DNA of 64,000 nt from an uncultured virus (IMG/VR IMGVR_UViG_3300030095_002703) (lineage: Duplodnaviria; Heunggongvirae; Uroviricota; Caudoviricetes). The stretch is from the IMG/VR virus record IMGVR_UViG_3300030095_002703. The stretch is one strand, 5' to 3'. The translations under genes and the position numbers were made by a program. Below the pieces are notes generated by a model. That model worked only from the letters and a program-made list of their open reading frames with translations, was not told where the DNA came from and ran no database searches. Below are positions 6,239 to 15,712 of this stretch, one piece after another. Every line of letters begins with the position of its first letter. Positions within the stretch are counted from its first letter, which is position 1.

Positions 6239-8134
6239 TTATTTTGCTTCGCCCCATGAAGGACCAATTTCCACGTCACACTTAGATGGGACTTCTAAAG
6301 GCACCGCTTGTTCCATGACTCTAGCGACCGTATTAGCTTCGTCAACATTCTTGACCGACATAGCAATTTCATCGTGTATCTGGAGCATGGGCAGTATTCC
6401 CTGCTTATACAGATCGACCATTGCTTTCTTAGTCATATCCGCAGCAGATGCTTGGATCAGCCTGTTTAAAGCTTTGTAGGTGTATGCACGTTTAAGACGG
6501 GTCGTAGGCCCATATTCGTCTACTGCTTCCCTGTACGGCAGCGCCTTGTTCATAGCAAACGTATCGGGCTCCCACAAATCAAATCGACATTTACGACCAA
6601 GCAGTGAGTGCAGTGATCCGCCAGAGGATTTTTCGTTCAGTCGGTTCATAACGCCAGTCATAAGACCTTTAACAAACGGAACGCGGTCATGGTATTGTTT
6701 GGTCAGACCTTTTGCTTCTTCAACCGATACATCAAGTTGTTCGGATAACTTGTTGACTCCCATGCCATACATCATCCCAAGATTTATTGTCTTGGCCTGT
6801 TTCCGCGGTATGTTAGCCATCTCCGCCACCATTGTATGGAAGTCCGTGTCCGGGTTTTCGTTGTAGGCGCTAACAAAATCCTTGGCACCCTCCAATGCTA
6901 CTCCTCGCATTTTACCGTATACATGCGCATAATGTACCAAAATGCGCGGTTCTTGTTGACTGAAGTCAATGGCCGCCCAATGTTCGCCTTCTTCTGGTAA
7001 GAATAGCGAACGAATCATTGGACCCAGTTCAGGATCGCGGGCCGGGATTTGTTGAAGGTTAGGGTTGGACATTGATATACGTCCCGACACTGTGCCTCCA
7101 TCGTCAGAACGGATTTGATTTATATGGGAGTGTATTCGACCGTCAGCGTGGCAGTGTTTCATGATTGTATTGATGAAAGTGCCGGATGTCTTATTCAGAT
7201 TCCTAGCTTGAGTCACCAACTGCGCGAGTGGATGGTCATGCTCTTGGAGGAAGAGTTTTGTAAAACTAGGTGCGCCCTTTTCAGTACGTGGATAGTTGAC
7301 TCCGATTTTATCGAACGCTTTAGCGAGAGATTGCGCAGCCCATATTTCAACGTTAGCGCCGCTGATACGCTTGATCTCCTTCAGAACGTCCCGTTCTCTC
7401 TTGAGCAAACTATTCCTCGTTCTCTCGACCTTCTCCGTATCGACCCTAACGCCACGCATCGTCATATCAACAAGACATGGGAGGAGATCAAGTTCGAGAT
7501 TGGCGATAGGCCACAAGCCCTCTTTGCCAAGTTGAACGGAGAAATAGTTCCAGAGTTCGAGAGTCAGTTCAGCGTCTCCTTCAGCGTAAGGTCCGACATA
7601 CATCGCGGGCATCTTCCACATTTCAGCTTTAGGATCGACACCAAACTCCCTCGCGGCCTCCACTAAACCTTTCTCAGACTTAACTTTTCCCAAGTGGTCG
7701 TAGGCCAGTGCGTTTAAACTGTAACTAAACCGGTTCTCATCTAATAAAGACGCCACCACCATGGTATCTATGATCCGGCCGTTTACTTGAAAGCCCATGT
7801 GCTTTATCCAACCCAAATCATACTGTGCGTTGTGCATAATCTTATCAGCAGGGCATTCAAAGACTTTCTTCAGCCATTTGTTTACCTGCTTTTCATCAAG
7901 GTTGCCTCCGCCAAAGTGGCGGATAGGTATGTAGCCTGACCAATCATCAACAGCTACGGCATAACCAACTACCTCGCCATCACCTGTCGGCCAGCCGGGA
8001 CCGTTCTGTTTTAGGTTCGGGTCCCGTGTTTCAACATCTATTGCTATCTTTTTAGCTGACGTAATGTCAGGTAATTCCAGCGGGGGTATCCATTCACTTT
8101 TTGGGGCGAACATGCTCATTTGTAGTTTTGCCAT
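6239..8134 (-). CDS. polA: Family A DNA polymerase (3'-5' exonuclease + polymerase), Leu at the E. coli 762 position
   Basis: DVET ExoI, HNAQYD ExoII, YAEGD ExoIII, DFSQQEPR motif A, KTINLGMMYG motif B, QIHDE motif C. Confidence 0.95.
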   Translation of the reverse strand: MAKLQMSMFAPKSEWIPPLELPDITSAKKIAIDVETRDPNLKQNGPGWPTGDGEVVGYAVAVDDWSGYIPIRHFGGGNLDEKQVNKWLKKVFECPADKIMHNAQYDLGWIKHMGFQVNGRIIDTMVVASLLDENRFSYSLNALAYDHLGKVKSEKGLVEAAREFGVDPKAEMWKMPAMYVGPYAEGDAELTLELWNYFSVQLGKEGLWPIANLELDLLPCLVDMTMRGVRVDTEKVERTRNSLLKRERDVLKEIKRISGANVEIWAAQSLAKAFDKIGVNYPRTEKGAPSFTKLFLQEHDHPLAQLVTQARNLNKTSGTFINTIMKHCHADGRIHSHINQIRSDDGGTVSGRISMSNPNLQQIPARDPELGPMIRSLFLPEEGEHWAAIDFSQQEPRILVHYAHVYGKMRGVALEGAKDFVSAYNENPDTDFHTMVAEMANIPRKQAKTINLGMMYGMGVNKLSEQLDVSVEEAKGLTKQYHDRVPFVKGLMTGVMNRLNEKSSGGSLHSLLGRKCRFDLWEPDTFAMNKALPYREAVDEYGPTTRLKRAYTYKALNRLIQASAADMTKKAMVDLYKQGILPMLQIHDEIAMSVKNVDEANTVARVMEQAVPLEVPSKCDVEIGPSWGEAK

Positions 8135-8387
8135 TACCTTCTCCACCTAACGCCGCGTACCCGCAAATATCTAACCAAGAATCTGCGTGGTCGGGTGTTA
8201 CGTTTAGTCGGGCAAGTTTAACAGCAATCATGCACTGATAAACTTGCGCTACGGTTACATCTTTACTAAGAATTACAGACCATAACTTTGCTATGCGCTC
8301 ATGGTTTTCGTAAGCATCGCCATACTCCTTTGCTCGTTTACCATTAAGTATCTTCTCTGCATTTTGCAGTATCTGTTCTCGTTTCAT
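8094..8387 (-). CDS. DUF6378-like protein
   Basis: R..EYGD...NH.RIA.LWS...KLAR...H.DS..D..GYAALG pattern. Confidence 0.75.
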   Translation of the reverse strand: MKREQILQNAEKILNGKRAKEYGDAYENHERIAKLWSVILSKDVTVAQVYQCMIAVKLARLNVTPDHADSWLDICGYAALGGEGNGKTTNEHVRPKK

Positions 8388-8418
8388 TAAATGTACCGCT
8401 CAGTTCTAGTTAGTTTTT

Positions 8419-9936
8419 TCATAAGTCATAACTTCTTGACACGTCTTCTGCATCAACAATGTATAAATTTTTCTTGGCACGAGTAACGCCAACGTAAAAA
8501 ACACGGTGTGTATCATCTGGATTTCTTTGAAACTGCGTATCGGCTGCGGGGCTCAAATCCGTAAACAACACCACATTATCCGCCTCACCACCCTTTGATC
8601 CGTGGATGGTGGACGCTGTAATGCGGGGAATCCCATTAAACTTCTCTCCTCTTCGAAGGAGTGCCGTGACATACGCACGGTCGGTATCGGGTAGTTTGTC
8701 CATGGCGCTGGACCAAATCATGTCTTTTGTTGCTTTCAGGCCGTGGTGTTCGGTAAGTTCATCAAACGTTACCAGATCGCTGTCATCGACTCCCGGCAAC
8801 TTCTTAAAGCCACGGGTTAAGCGTTCACCAATTGCCATATAGCTATATATTATACGGGCAACTTGACCAGATATTTCTTTTCCCTTACGCAACTGCTCCC
8901 AACCATTCACCGCTTCGCTTATCTTTTCGCTAATAGATCGTCTGCCGCGGTAGTTAAAAAGGTATCCACTTGACTTTAAGTCGTGAGCTACGGGTGTCAA
9001 CTGATAACCCGCTTGCGATAGGATCAACCAATCGCCTTGTGCCATGTCTAGTGAGTTGATAGTTGTAATGCGCGTCACATTGCCGGGTTCTTCACGGGGC
9101 TCGTAAGCTTTTGGAAATCTTCTGGTTATGCGGCGCACGACATTTTCTGCAACGTTATGCACGTTCTTTGGTATTCGATAAGATTGCGACAGTGTTTCTG
9201 ACCCACCGGGCAAATTAATAAAATGATCTACATCTGCGCCCGCCCAACGATAGATAGCTTGGTCATCGTCACCCGCGCAATACATCTTCTTTGACTTCTT
9301 ATCTAGTAAGTGTGCAATGTCCCATTGTAATGGTGACAAGTCTTGTGCTTCATCTAAGAAACACAGATCAAACTCAGGACAAAACCTTGCATCGCCGTTG
9401 GCAAAATGTTCAAGCATGTCTGTGAAATCGAAAAGCCCCATAGCTTCTTTGTATTCCTTTAAACTTTTACTTACAAAGTTTACGGTATTCCAATCCTGTT
9501 CTACTTCGCTGATGTTATATTGGTCACGCAGATTTACCTTACGCAATCTAGCCAAGTTAATCAGACCAAGCACTGGATCACTACTGGACACCATACTAGG
9601 TATATCATCATCTATAGCAGTATTCTTCTGGCCGCCAAGGTCCACACCTATAGTGCGACTAAGCTCCCGGTAGTTTTCTTCCTGCATAACCTGCTCTGGT
9701 CTTATGTCAGACATGGTGAGCGCCAGACTATGCAGCGTCCTAAAAAAAACAAGGTCTTCCTTTGGGTCTAAGTTAAAACGTGCTGCTGCTCGTTCTTTAG
9801 CCTCGTTAGCTGCCTTGCGTGTAAAAGCTAAGAATGCAATACGCTCTGGTAGAATGCCGTCTTCAAGGGCTTTATCCACCATGTTCAAAAGAGTTGTTGT
9901 CTTTCCTGTGCCCGGTGGACCAAAGATTCTAAACAT
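8419..9936 (-). CDS. UvrD/Rep-like SF1 DNA helicase
   Basis: GPPGTGKT, AFTRKAA, DEAQD, GDDDQAIY, SYR, TIHGSKGGE, YVGVTRA; start set at MFRIFG. Confidence 0.92.
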   Translation of the reverse strand: MFRIFGPPGTGKTTTLLNMVDKALEDGILPERIAFLAFTRKAANEAKERAAARFNLDPKEDLVFFRTLHSLALTMSDIRPEQVMQEENYRELSRTIGVDLGGQKNTAIDDDIPSMVSSSDPVLGLINLARLRKVNLRDQYNISEVEQDWNTVNFVSKSLKEYKEAMGLFDFTDMLEHFANGDARFCPEFDLCFLDEAQDLSPLQWDIAHLLDKKSKKMYCAGDDDQAIYRWAGADVDHFINLPGGSETLSQSYRIPKNVHNVAENVVRRITRRFPKAYEPREEPGNVTRITTINSLDMAQGDWLILSQAGYQLTPVAHDLKSSGYLFNYRGRRSISEKISEAVNGWEQLRKGKEISGQVARIIYSYMAIGERLTRGFKKLPGVDDSDLVTFDELTEHHGLKATKDMIWSSAMDKLPDTDRAYVTALLRRGEKFNGIPRITASTIHGSKGGEADNVVLFTDLSPAADTQFQRNPDDTHRVFYVGVTRAKKNLYIVDAEDVSRSYDL

Positions 9937-10066
9937 TCTTTTCCTTTCGATATATCTGCTGCACTCTCTGTTTAGTGATACCAAATAGTTTTGCTACCGC
10001 CGTCATGGTCATTCGCTCTTTGTCGATTAACCGAACGATTTCTGCATCACGGTCTTTTTTCGACAT
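9929..10066 (-). CDS. 45-aa HTH protein (below ORF-track cutoff)
   Basis: MSKKDRDAEIVRLIDKERMTMTAVAKLFGITKQRVQQIYRKEKNV; fills gap between primase and helicase. Confidence 0.75.
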   Translation of the reverse strand: MSKKDRDAEIVRLIDKERMTMTAVAKLFGITKQRVQQIYRKEKNV

Positions 10067-10071
10067 ACTAC

Positions 10072-11610
10072 TCAAAATGGTGCCTCCTCTTGGTTAAACG
10101 ATGGTGTCTTTAAATCCACGTCAGCACTCTCAAAAGACGGTATCTTCCATACTCGTACAGATCGACCTTTAATTTTCAAGACCATACTGTCTCCGTTTAT
10201 GTCGCGTAGTCGTTGTGCAATTTTATGCGATTTATATTCAAAAAACTTGTTCTTCTTCAGATAGCTCTCGAAGTCTTTCAAACGGAAATAAGTGACTTCT
10301 TCCTCTTCATCTGTCCATGGGCGGCGGAGCAAGATTTCTTCTTTATCCTGCGCTTGCTGTAAATGACTGCAAAACTCTTCAAGGTAATCGTAAAACTGTC
10401 CGCTAATACTGGCGTCTTGTGCTACTTCAATTATTGCGCTTTCGTTATCACGCATTTCTGTCATCAATGTACTAATGCGGCTTTCCCATTGCAGCTTGGC
10501 TACGGACCGCGGCATAAAGTTCAACTGCTCCATGCAAGATTTTTGGAACATAGGCTGGCTCATCAAAGCTTCTGTGTCTAACTCCAATGGTTCGCCGTTA
10601 ACGTCCATAAACCACACAGGAGGGGTAGAGTTATACTTCCGTAGGTTAGCTACCGTAGCGCCCGCTACAGCGGCTCCTATGCCAAATTTGCGGGTGCGGC
10701 ACAGTTCTTTATTGCAATGTGCGCTAATCGGAGCGTCTGAGCATTTATAAGCGTAGTCTTTACGTTCTAATTGTTTAGCAACTATGTTGACTTCAGGTAG
10801 GGGTAAGGGCGGAGATAAATACTCCATGTTGTATTTTAAAATCTCTGATTCCCAGCTATCAGGGAAAGCTTTGCGTAGATATACACCAATATTAAATAGT
10901 CCATTGTTTCTGCCGCCCTCACTTATGCGCTGCTTACAAAGTATCTGTAAACATGGAGGACCATCACGAGCAATAATATCGCTTTCACTTGTGTCTTCTA
11001 CCTGTAATTTGACTACTTGTTCGGGGGTTTGCGCGTGTTTTTTATGTAAAGCAATAAACTCGTCTAAATCAGCAGACGTGCCATCGTCTAAAAATGCGTA
11101 ACGTAATCCATTTTCATGATCGTAATACGGTAGGTTGAGAAAGTTTCCAACGTCACCACGGTCTAGGTGTAATTTAATTTGCTTTGGAAATATTTCGCTT
11201 TCGCCATAACCAAGGGCCGCGGACATGTGTTGCAGAGACTTCTGCATGTCTTTGGCATCAATCCATTCAGTCGTGAATAAAAAGCAGTGCGCTCCACCTG
11301 ATTTGCTGCGGCACACTACTAAAGGTAATTTTAACTTTCTTATCTTGTTGACCAGCATCTTGTGGTCGAGTGGATACTGATCCACATCAATACAACCCCA
11401 CTTACACTGGTTGTCTTCGTTTATTGGGATGATACCCAATCCATTGCCCTTCCCGGACAGATGGTTCTCCCAAAGCTTCTTCGTTCTGGGCTCACGTGTA
11501 ACGCCCGCCTTACCTTGCGTTTTACCGTTGGCGGCGGTCTTTTCTATTTTGAAGTAGCCGTGGGCTTCCTTCAGGCCATCGAATATGGCCATAAATTTAT
11601 CTACTGACAT
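10072..11610 (-). CDS. AEP-superfamily primase with PriCT-like domain
   Basis: WGCIDVD, RSKSGGAH, NLPY, PPCL..EGGRNNGLF; start set at MSVDKF. Confidence 0.8.
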   Translation of the reverse strand: MSVDKFMAIFDGLKEAHGYFKIEKTAANGKTQGKAGVTREPRTKKLWENHLSGKGNGLGIIPINEDNQCKWGCIDVDQYPLDHKMLVNKIRKLKLPLVVCRSKSGGAHCFLFTTEWIDAKDMQKSLQHMSAALGYGESEIFPKQIKLHLDRGDVGNFLNLPYYDHENGLRYAFLDDGTSADLDEFIALHKKHAQTPEQVVKLQVEDTSESDIIARDGPPCLQILCKQRISEGGRNNGLFNIGVYLRKAFPDSWESEILKYNMEYLSPPLPLPEVNIVAKQLERKDYAYKCSDAPISAHCNKELCRTRKFGIGAAVAGATVANLRKYNSTPPVWFMDVNGEPLELDTEALMSQPMFQKSCMEQLNFMPRSVAKLQWESRISTLMTEMRDNESAIIEVAQDASISGQFYDYLEEFCSHLQQAQDKEEILLRRPWTDEEEEVTYFRLKDFESYLKKNKFFEYKSHKIAQRLRDINGDSMVLKIKGRSVRVWKIPSFESADVDLKTPSFNQEEAPF

Positions 11611-11625
11611 TTGTGCCCCCATACG

Positions 11626-11655
11626 AAAAAAACGGCGGGGCTTCATGCCCCGCCG
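11626..11655 (-). terminator. Terminator/attenuator between SSB-like gene and primase
   Basis: CGGCGGGGC-atgaa-GCCCCGCCG followed by T7. Confidence 0.8.
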
Positions 11656-11664
11656 CATGACTAA

Positions 11665-12441
11665 TTAGAACGGTGTTGAACCGCCTTCTTCGTCATCCGT
11701 ATGTTTCACCACAACATCGCCTGCGGTAATACTCTCTGCAAACCCTTTAGCGCGGGTGTACAAAGCTCCATCCTCAATGACTCCTTCGCAGGACATCTCC
11801 CACCCATGCCATGAGCCTTTCGAGTTTTCTTCGGCTACGGTTTTCAGGTGGTAAATGTGGCTATAACGAGGCGGTGTAAACGGCCCCTTCCTACCACTCA
11901 TTGAGCGAGATGCCATCATACTGTTCCACTTGCGGCTTTTTTTAAGCTGCGTGGACTTCATTGCAATAAGGGCAGTCTCCTGTGACCCATCATCATTGAT
12001 GAGAAGTACGAAATGTTGGTGAGTTTCTTCGATGTAATCACCATCACCTTTCACAACATATTCTTTGTTGTCTTCTGGTGATCGTTCCGTCTTTGGACGT
12101 TCCTGACCCGGCTCGTAAATTGCCATAGGCGCACCGCTACCACTGCCACGTGGAGCCCACTGAATAAACCTACGCTGATAAGCACAAGGGACAACTCGAA
12201 CCCCTTCCTTACCTTTATAAGCCGTTCCAGTAACGGTGTTGTATATATCGCCCTTACGAGCATTGACAGATTCGTCATCCAATACAGGATCGTTGCCAGA
12301 CAAAACTTTTAGAAACGGAAGTGCTAAATCTTCTGTTCCCATGTTGTCCATGCCTGCTCCGGCATCCTGCTCCATCATAGCAATGTCAAACACTGCTACT
12401 TCGTTTTTAGCCGCTTCGGCTACTTCTTTTTTCTTTGTCAT
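11665..12441 (-). CDS. Putative single-stranded DNA-binding protein
   Basis: DLALPFLKVL, MKSTQLKKSRKWN, acidic tail ending PF; replication-cluster position. Confidence 0.6.
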   Translation of the reverse strand: MTKKKEVAEAAKNEVAVFDIAMMEQDAGAGMDNMGTEDLALPFLKVLSGNDPVLDDESVNARKGDIYNTVTGTAYKGKEGVRVVPCAYQRRFIQWAPRGSGSGAPMAIYEPGQERPKTERSPEDNKEYVVKGDGDYIEETHQHFVLLINDDGSQETALIAMKSTQLKKSRKWNSMMASRSMSGRKGPFTPPRYSHIYHLKTVAEENSKGSWHGWEMSCEGVIEDGALYTRAKGFAESITAGDVVVKHTDDEEGGSTPF

Positions 12442-13022
12442 TAGTTTTTTCCTCGCTTAATAACTGCGCGTTGACCCACCCATGCTCCAAACAATTCCAT
12501 TGGAAAATCCTCTCCTGCCTCACAACGTTCTTTTACGAACGCACGAAGCGTTTGAGGGTGAACCTCTGTTTTTTGATCGGGGACATAACCTTGCTGTTGC
12601 GCGAAAGCAGCAAAGGCTCCAGCTTGATCGTCCTCACCACGGCCAAACTGACACGCGACAGTATTCTTAATAATGTCATCGTATCCGTTATCGCGTAGCC
12701 ACTCGTAAGCTTCAGGACGTTTATCTACTAGAATGGAAGCACCATATGTTTGTTTAACCTCTACGGTTGAACCGTCATCTAGTGCAAATGAAGACATGCC
12801 GATCTCTGCAAGCATCGAAGGCATTTCTTCGTCCGTAAGTTTAATCAAAGCTTTCTTCTCTTCTTTGAGCGATTGCTCAAGGTCAGAAATTTTGGCTTCT
12901 TTGTCACGGATTGTTCTGGCCAACGCAGCTACCGAAGTAAGCCCCTGCTGGTCAATTTTTTCGATGGATGCAGCTTTGTCTTCAAAGTCCTGTTCCATCA
13001 ATTTTGCTAGGTCGTCACTCAT
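12441..13022 (-). CDS. Conserved replication-cluster hypothetical protein
   Basis: Coiled-coil N-terminus, WLRDNGYDDIIKN, VHPQTLRAFVKE. Confidence 0.8.
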   Translation of the reverse strand: MSDDLAKLMEQDFEDKAASIEKIDQQGLTSVAALARTIRDKEAKISDLEQSLKEEKKALIKLTDEEMPSMLAEIGMSSFALDDGSTVEVKQTYGASILVDKRPEAYEWLRDNGYDDIIKNTVACQFGRGEDDQAGAFAAFAQQQGYVPDQKTEVHPQTLRAFVKERCEAGEDFPMELFGAWVGQRAVIKRGKN

Positions 13023-13061
13023 CGTGTTTCTCCTTTCGTGGTTAAAGGCACCGTTTGGGCC

Positions 13062-13102
13062 TTGACAATTAAAGATAATATCTTATACAATCTGAATGTC
13101 AA
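13062..13102. promoter_or_regulatory. Overlapping divergent sigma70 promoters
   Basis: Plus: TTGACA-N18-TACAAT; minus: TTGACA-N16-TATTAT; ATCTTATA box at 13080-13087. Confidence 0.75.
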
Positions 13103-13127
13103 GCGTTTTAGAAAAATAGGGGCAACA

Positions 13128-14576
13128 ATGACAAGTTACGATTACGAAACCCAACCATACGACCATCAGCGCACTGCTTTCGAAGACTCGTGGGCCGCGG
13201 AGTTTTACGCGTTACTTATGGAAATGGGAACAGGTAAATCAAAGGTGGCCATAGATACCATGGGCGCTTTGTACGAAGCAGGTAAGGTAAATGCGGCGTT
13301 GATCGTTGCTCCAAAAGGGGTGTATGACAACTGGATCAAAGGTGAAGTGCCTTTACATTTACCCAAGCGTATACCCCGACAAATAATGCGTTGGACCCCT
13401 GCTAAGACTCAACGTTATGAAAAAGAATTAAAAGATTTTATTGTTAACCGTCAACCATTGTTGAAGGTGTTCGTTATTAATATTGAAGCGTTTTCATCAG
13501 AGCGCGGTACAGAAGCAGCAACAGCCTACTTGTACCAGAATCCAGACAACATTGTCATTATTGATGAATCAACTACAATTAAAAACAGGAAAGCTGCGAG
13601 GACAAAAAATGTCATTGCTTTGCAGAAACGGGCTAAATATCGCCGGGTATTGACCGGCTCTCCGATCACAAAGAGCCCTATGGACCTGTTTAGCCAATGT
13701 AATTTTCTTGCTGAAAAGGCGTTAGGCTTCAACAGCTATTATGCCTTCCAAGCGCGTTATGCCAATGTGCAGAAACGCATGATGGGTCACCGCAGCTTCC
13801 AGCAAATTGTAGGTTACCGTCGATTAGAAGAACTTTCTGAAAAGTTAGATCGGTTTAGTAGTCGTGTTCTTAAAGTAGATTGCCTTGATCTACCTGTCAA
13901 AGTTTACATCCGTAGAGAAGTACCGCTCACACCAGAGCAAGTCAAGCTATACATGCAGATGAAAAAATTAGCTTTAGCAAAGTTAGAAAATGGGGAGTTG
14001 GCCACTACTGCAAGCGTACTGACACAGATTATGCGACTTCAACAAATATGCTGCGGACATTTGCAGCCAGATGACGGAGAGATACAGACGGTAAAAAGCA
14101 ACCGTTTGAACGAACTTCTTGACGTTACTGAAGAGTTACAGGGAAAAGCCATCATTTGGGTGACGTATACACACGACATTCAACAGGTGTCTTCGGCCCT
14201 GCGCGACCGCTTTGGGCCCGAAGCGGTTGCAACCTATTATGGTGCCACACCACAAGATGAAAGACAAGAGATAGTCGAAGAGTTTCAGCGTAAAGACAGT
14301 CCATTACGGTTTTTTGTAGGACAACCAAAAACAGGCGGTTATGGGATCACCTTAACTGCTGCTAACACTGTCATTTACTATAGTAACAGCTACGATTTAG
14401 AAATACGATTACAATCTGAAGACCGGGCGCATAGAATTGGTCAAGAAAACAAAGTTACTTACATTGATCTGGTTTCGCCGGGAACAATAGATGAAAAAAT
14501 ATTAGGGGCGTTGCGTAACAAAATAGATATAGCAGGTAAAGTTTTAGGTGAAGAAGTACAAGCTTGGTTGCGTTAA
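13128..14576 (+). CDS. SNF2-family (SF2) helicase
   Basis: PYDHQ, EMGTGKS, DEST, LTGSP, GYGITL, QSEDRAHRIGQ; start set at MTSYDY. Confidence 0.92.
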   Translation: MTSYDYETQPYDHQRTAFEDSWAAEFYALLMEMGTGKSKVAIDTMGALYEAGKVNAALIVAPKGVYDNWIKGEVPLHLPKRIPRQIMRWTPAKTQRYEKELKDFIVNRQPLLKVFVINIEAFSSERGTEAATAYLYQNPDNIVIIDESTTIKNRKAARTKNVIALQKRAKYRRVLTGSPITKSPMDLFSQCNFLAEKALGFNSYYAFQARYANVQKRMMGHRSFQQIVGYRRLEELSEKLDRFSSRVLKVDCLDLPVKVYIRREVPLTPEQVKLYMQMKKLALAKLENGELATTASVLTQIMRLQQICCGHLQPDDGEIQTVKSNRLNELLDVTEELQGKAIIWVTYTHDIQQVSSALRDRFGPEAVATYYGATPQDERQEIVEEFQRKDSPLRFFVGQPKTGGYGITLTAANTVIYYSNSYDLEIRLQSEDRAHRIGQENKVTYIDLVSPGTIDEKILGALRNKIDIAGKVLGEEVQAWLR

Positions 14577-14782
14577 TAAATTTTTGTTTCTTCCGGGTCT
14601 CTCATGGCTGGTACACAGTAAGCTACCACAGGGTGATCGTAAGTACCGTCGCCTTGATTACTCAAAGTATTTGCAAACCAAATGCAATGTCGGAGGTCTT
14701 CCCAAACACCATATTCAGTCAAAGATTGTACCTTTCCGTCTTCCCATATTTCTACCATCAAGGCAAAAACTAATATTTTCAT
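14573..14782 (-). CDS. Small hypothetical protein, last gene of late operon
   Basis: 69 aa, hydrophobic N-terminus, C..FA..L..AYCVP. Confidence 0.6.
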   Translation of the reverse strand: MKILVFALMVEIWEDGKVQSLTEYGVWEDLRHCIWFANTLSNQGDGTYDHPVVAYCVPAMRDPEETKIY

Positions 14783-14788
14783 AAATCA

Positions 14789-15712
14789 TTAGAAAGCAGG
14801 GGGCAGAGTCGTTTTCAAACCCGAAGGCAGTGTGGCGGGCATTGGTTCGAAGGCTATGGAGGCTATGCCGCCACCCATTGATCCGGGGCCCATTGTCTGA
14901 ATTTGTCCACCCATTGATGGTCTTCCATACCCAAAACTTTCTTCAACGCCAAAATGTGCGCGTTCTGCTTGATCTACAAGGTCCACAAATTCTGCCACTT
15001 TTGCCTGCATCTCTTGTGCTTGCGGCGCACTGTACGTTTGGTTGAGATAATTACTATATACATTTAAAGGTGAAGACTGCATCTGGTTCATTTGCTGACC
15101 AAATTGTTGATGCATTTTTTCAAACATACCGCCAATACCGGTATTGCCGGGTTGTTCTTGTCTAATTATGGGCATCTGTGCTGGCCCACCCATTCGATTC
15201 GATTCGAATCGATTCATGCCGGAGTCCCTTTTATTCCCGGAAACGTACCGGTTCCGGGGGTTTGCATAAGGTGAAGTAATCATGCCGCCCTCCGCTTTAT
15301 GTTGTACATTACCACCTCCATCGTCTCTTGGGCCTCCACCGCCACCTTGGTTTTCACCTTGGTCACCAGTGCTTTGTCCCGTTGTTTCTGTAGTTGTTCC
15401 GGCTCCAAATAAACCGGCTAATCCTCCCATGCCACTTAACCCAGAAGTGCCTCCGCTCGTTTGCCCACTATATCCAGCAAAACTAAAGGCGGGGTTCGTG
15501 GCCCCTGTTCCTCTACCCACATAAGAAAATGGGATTGCATCTTGCGCCGCTTCTGCCGCAGCTTGTCGTGAGTCCGCTTTCTTTTGAACCTGTGCAGAAA
15601 AAGCGTCATACGATTCTTGGTCGTAATCGTATTTTTCTGGATTCTGTAAACGGTCGAGTTCGCTTTCTGTGTAATAAGATGACTTGCCGCCAAACTCCCT
15701 AAAAATACTCAT
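14789..15712 (-). CDS. Gly/Gln-rich low-complexity protein, possibly internal virion protein
   Basis: 307 aa; coupled to upstream gene; KAEGG motif. Confidence 0.65.
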   Translation of the reverse strand: MSIFREFGGKSSYYTESELDRLQNPEKYDYDQESYDAFSAQVQKKADSRQAAAEAAQDAIPFSYVGRGTGATNPAFSFAGYSGQTSGGTSGLSGMGGLAGLFGAGTTTETTGQSTGDQGENQGGGGGPRDDGGGNVQHKAEGGMITSPYANPRNRYVSGNKRDSGMNRFESNRMGGPAQMPIIRQEQPGNTGIGGMFEKMHQQFGQQMNQMQSSPLNVYSNYLNQTYSAPQAQEMQAKVAEFVDLVDQAERAHFGVEESFGYGRPSMGGQIQTMGPGSMGGGIASIAFEPMPATLPSGLKTTLPPAF

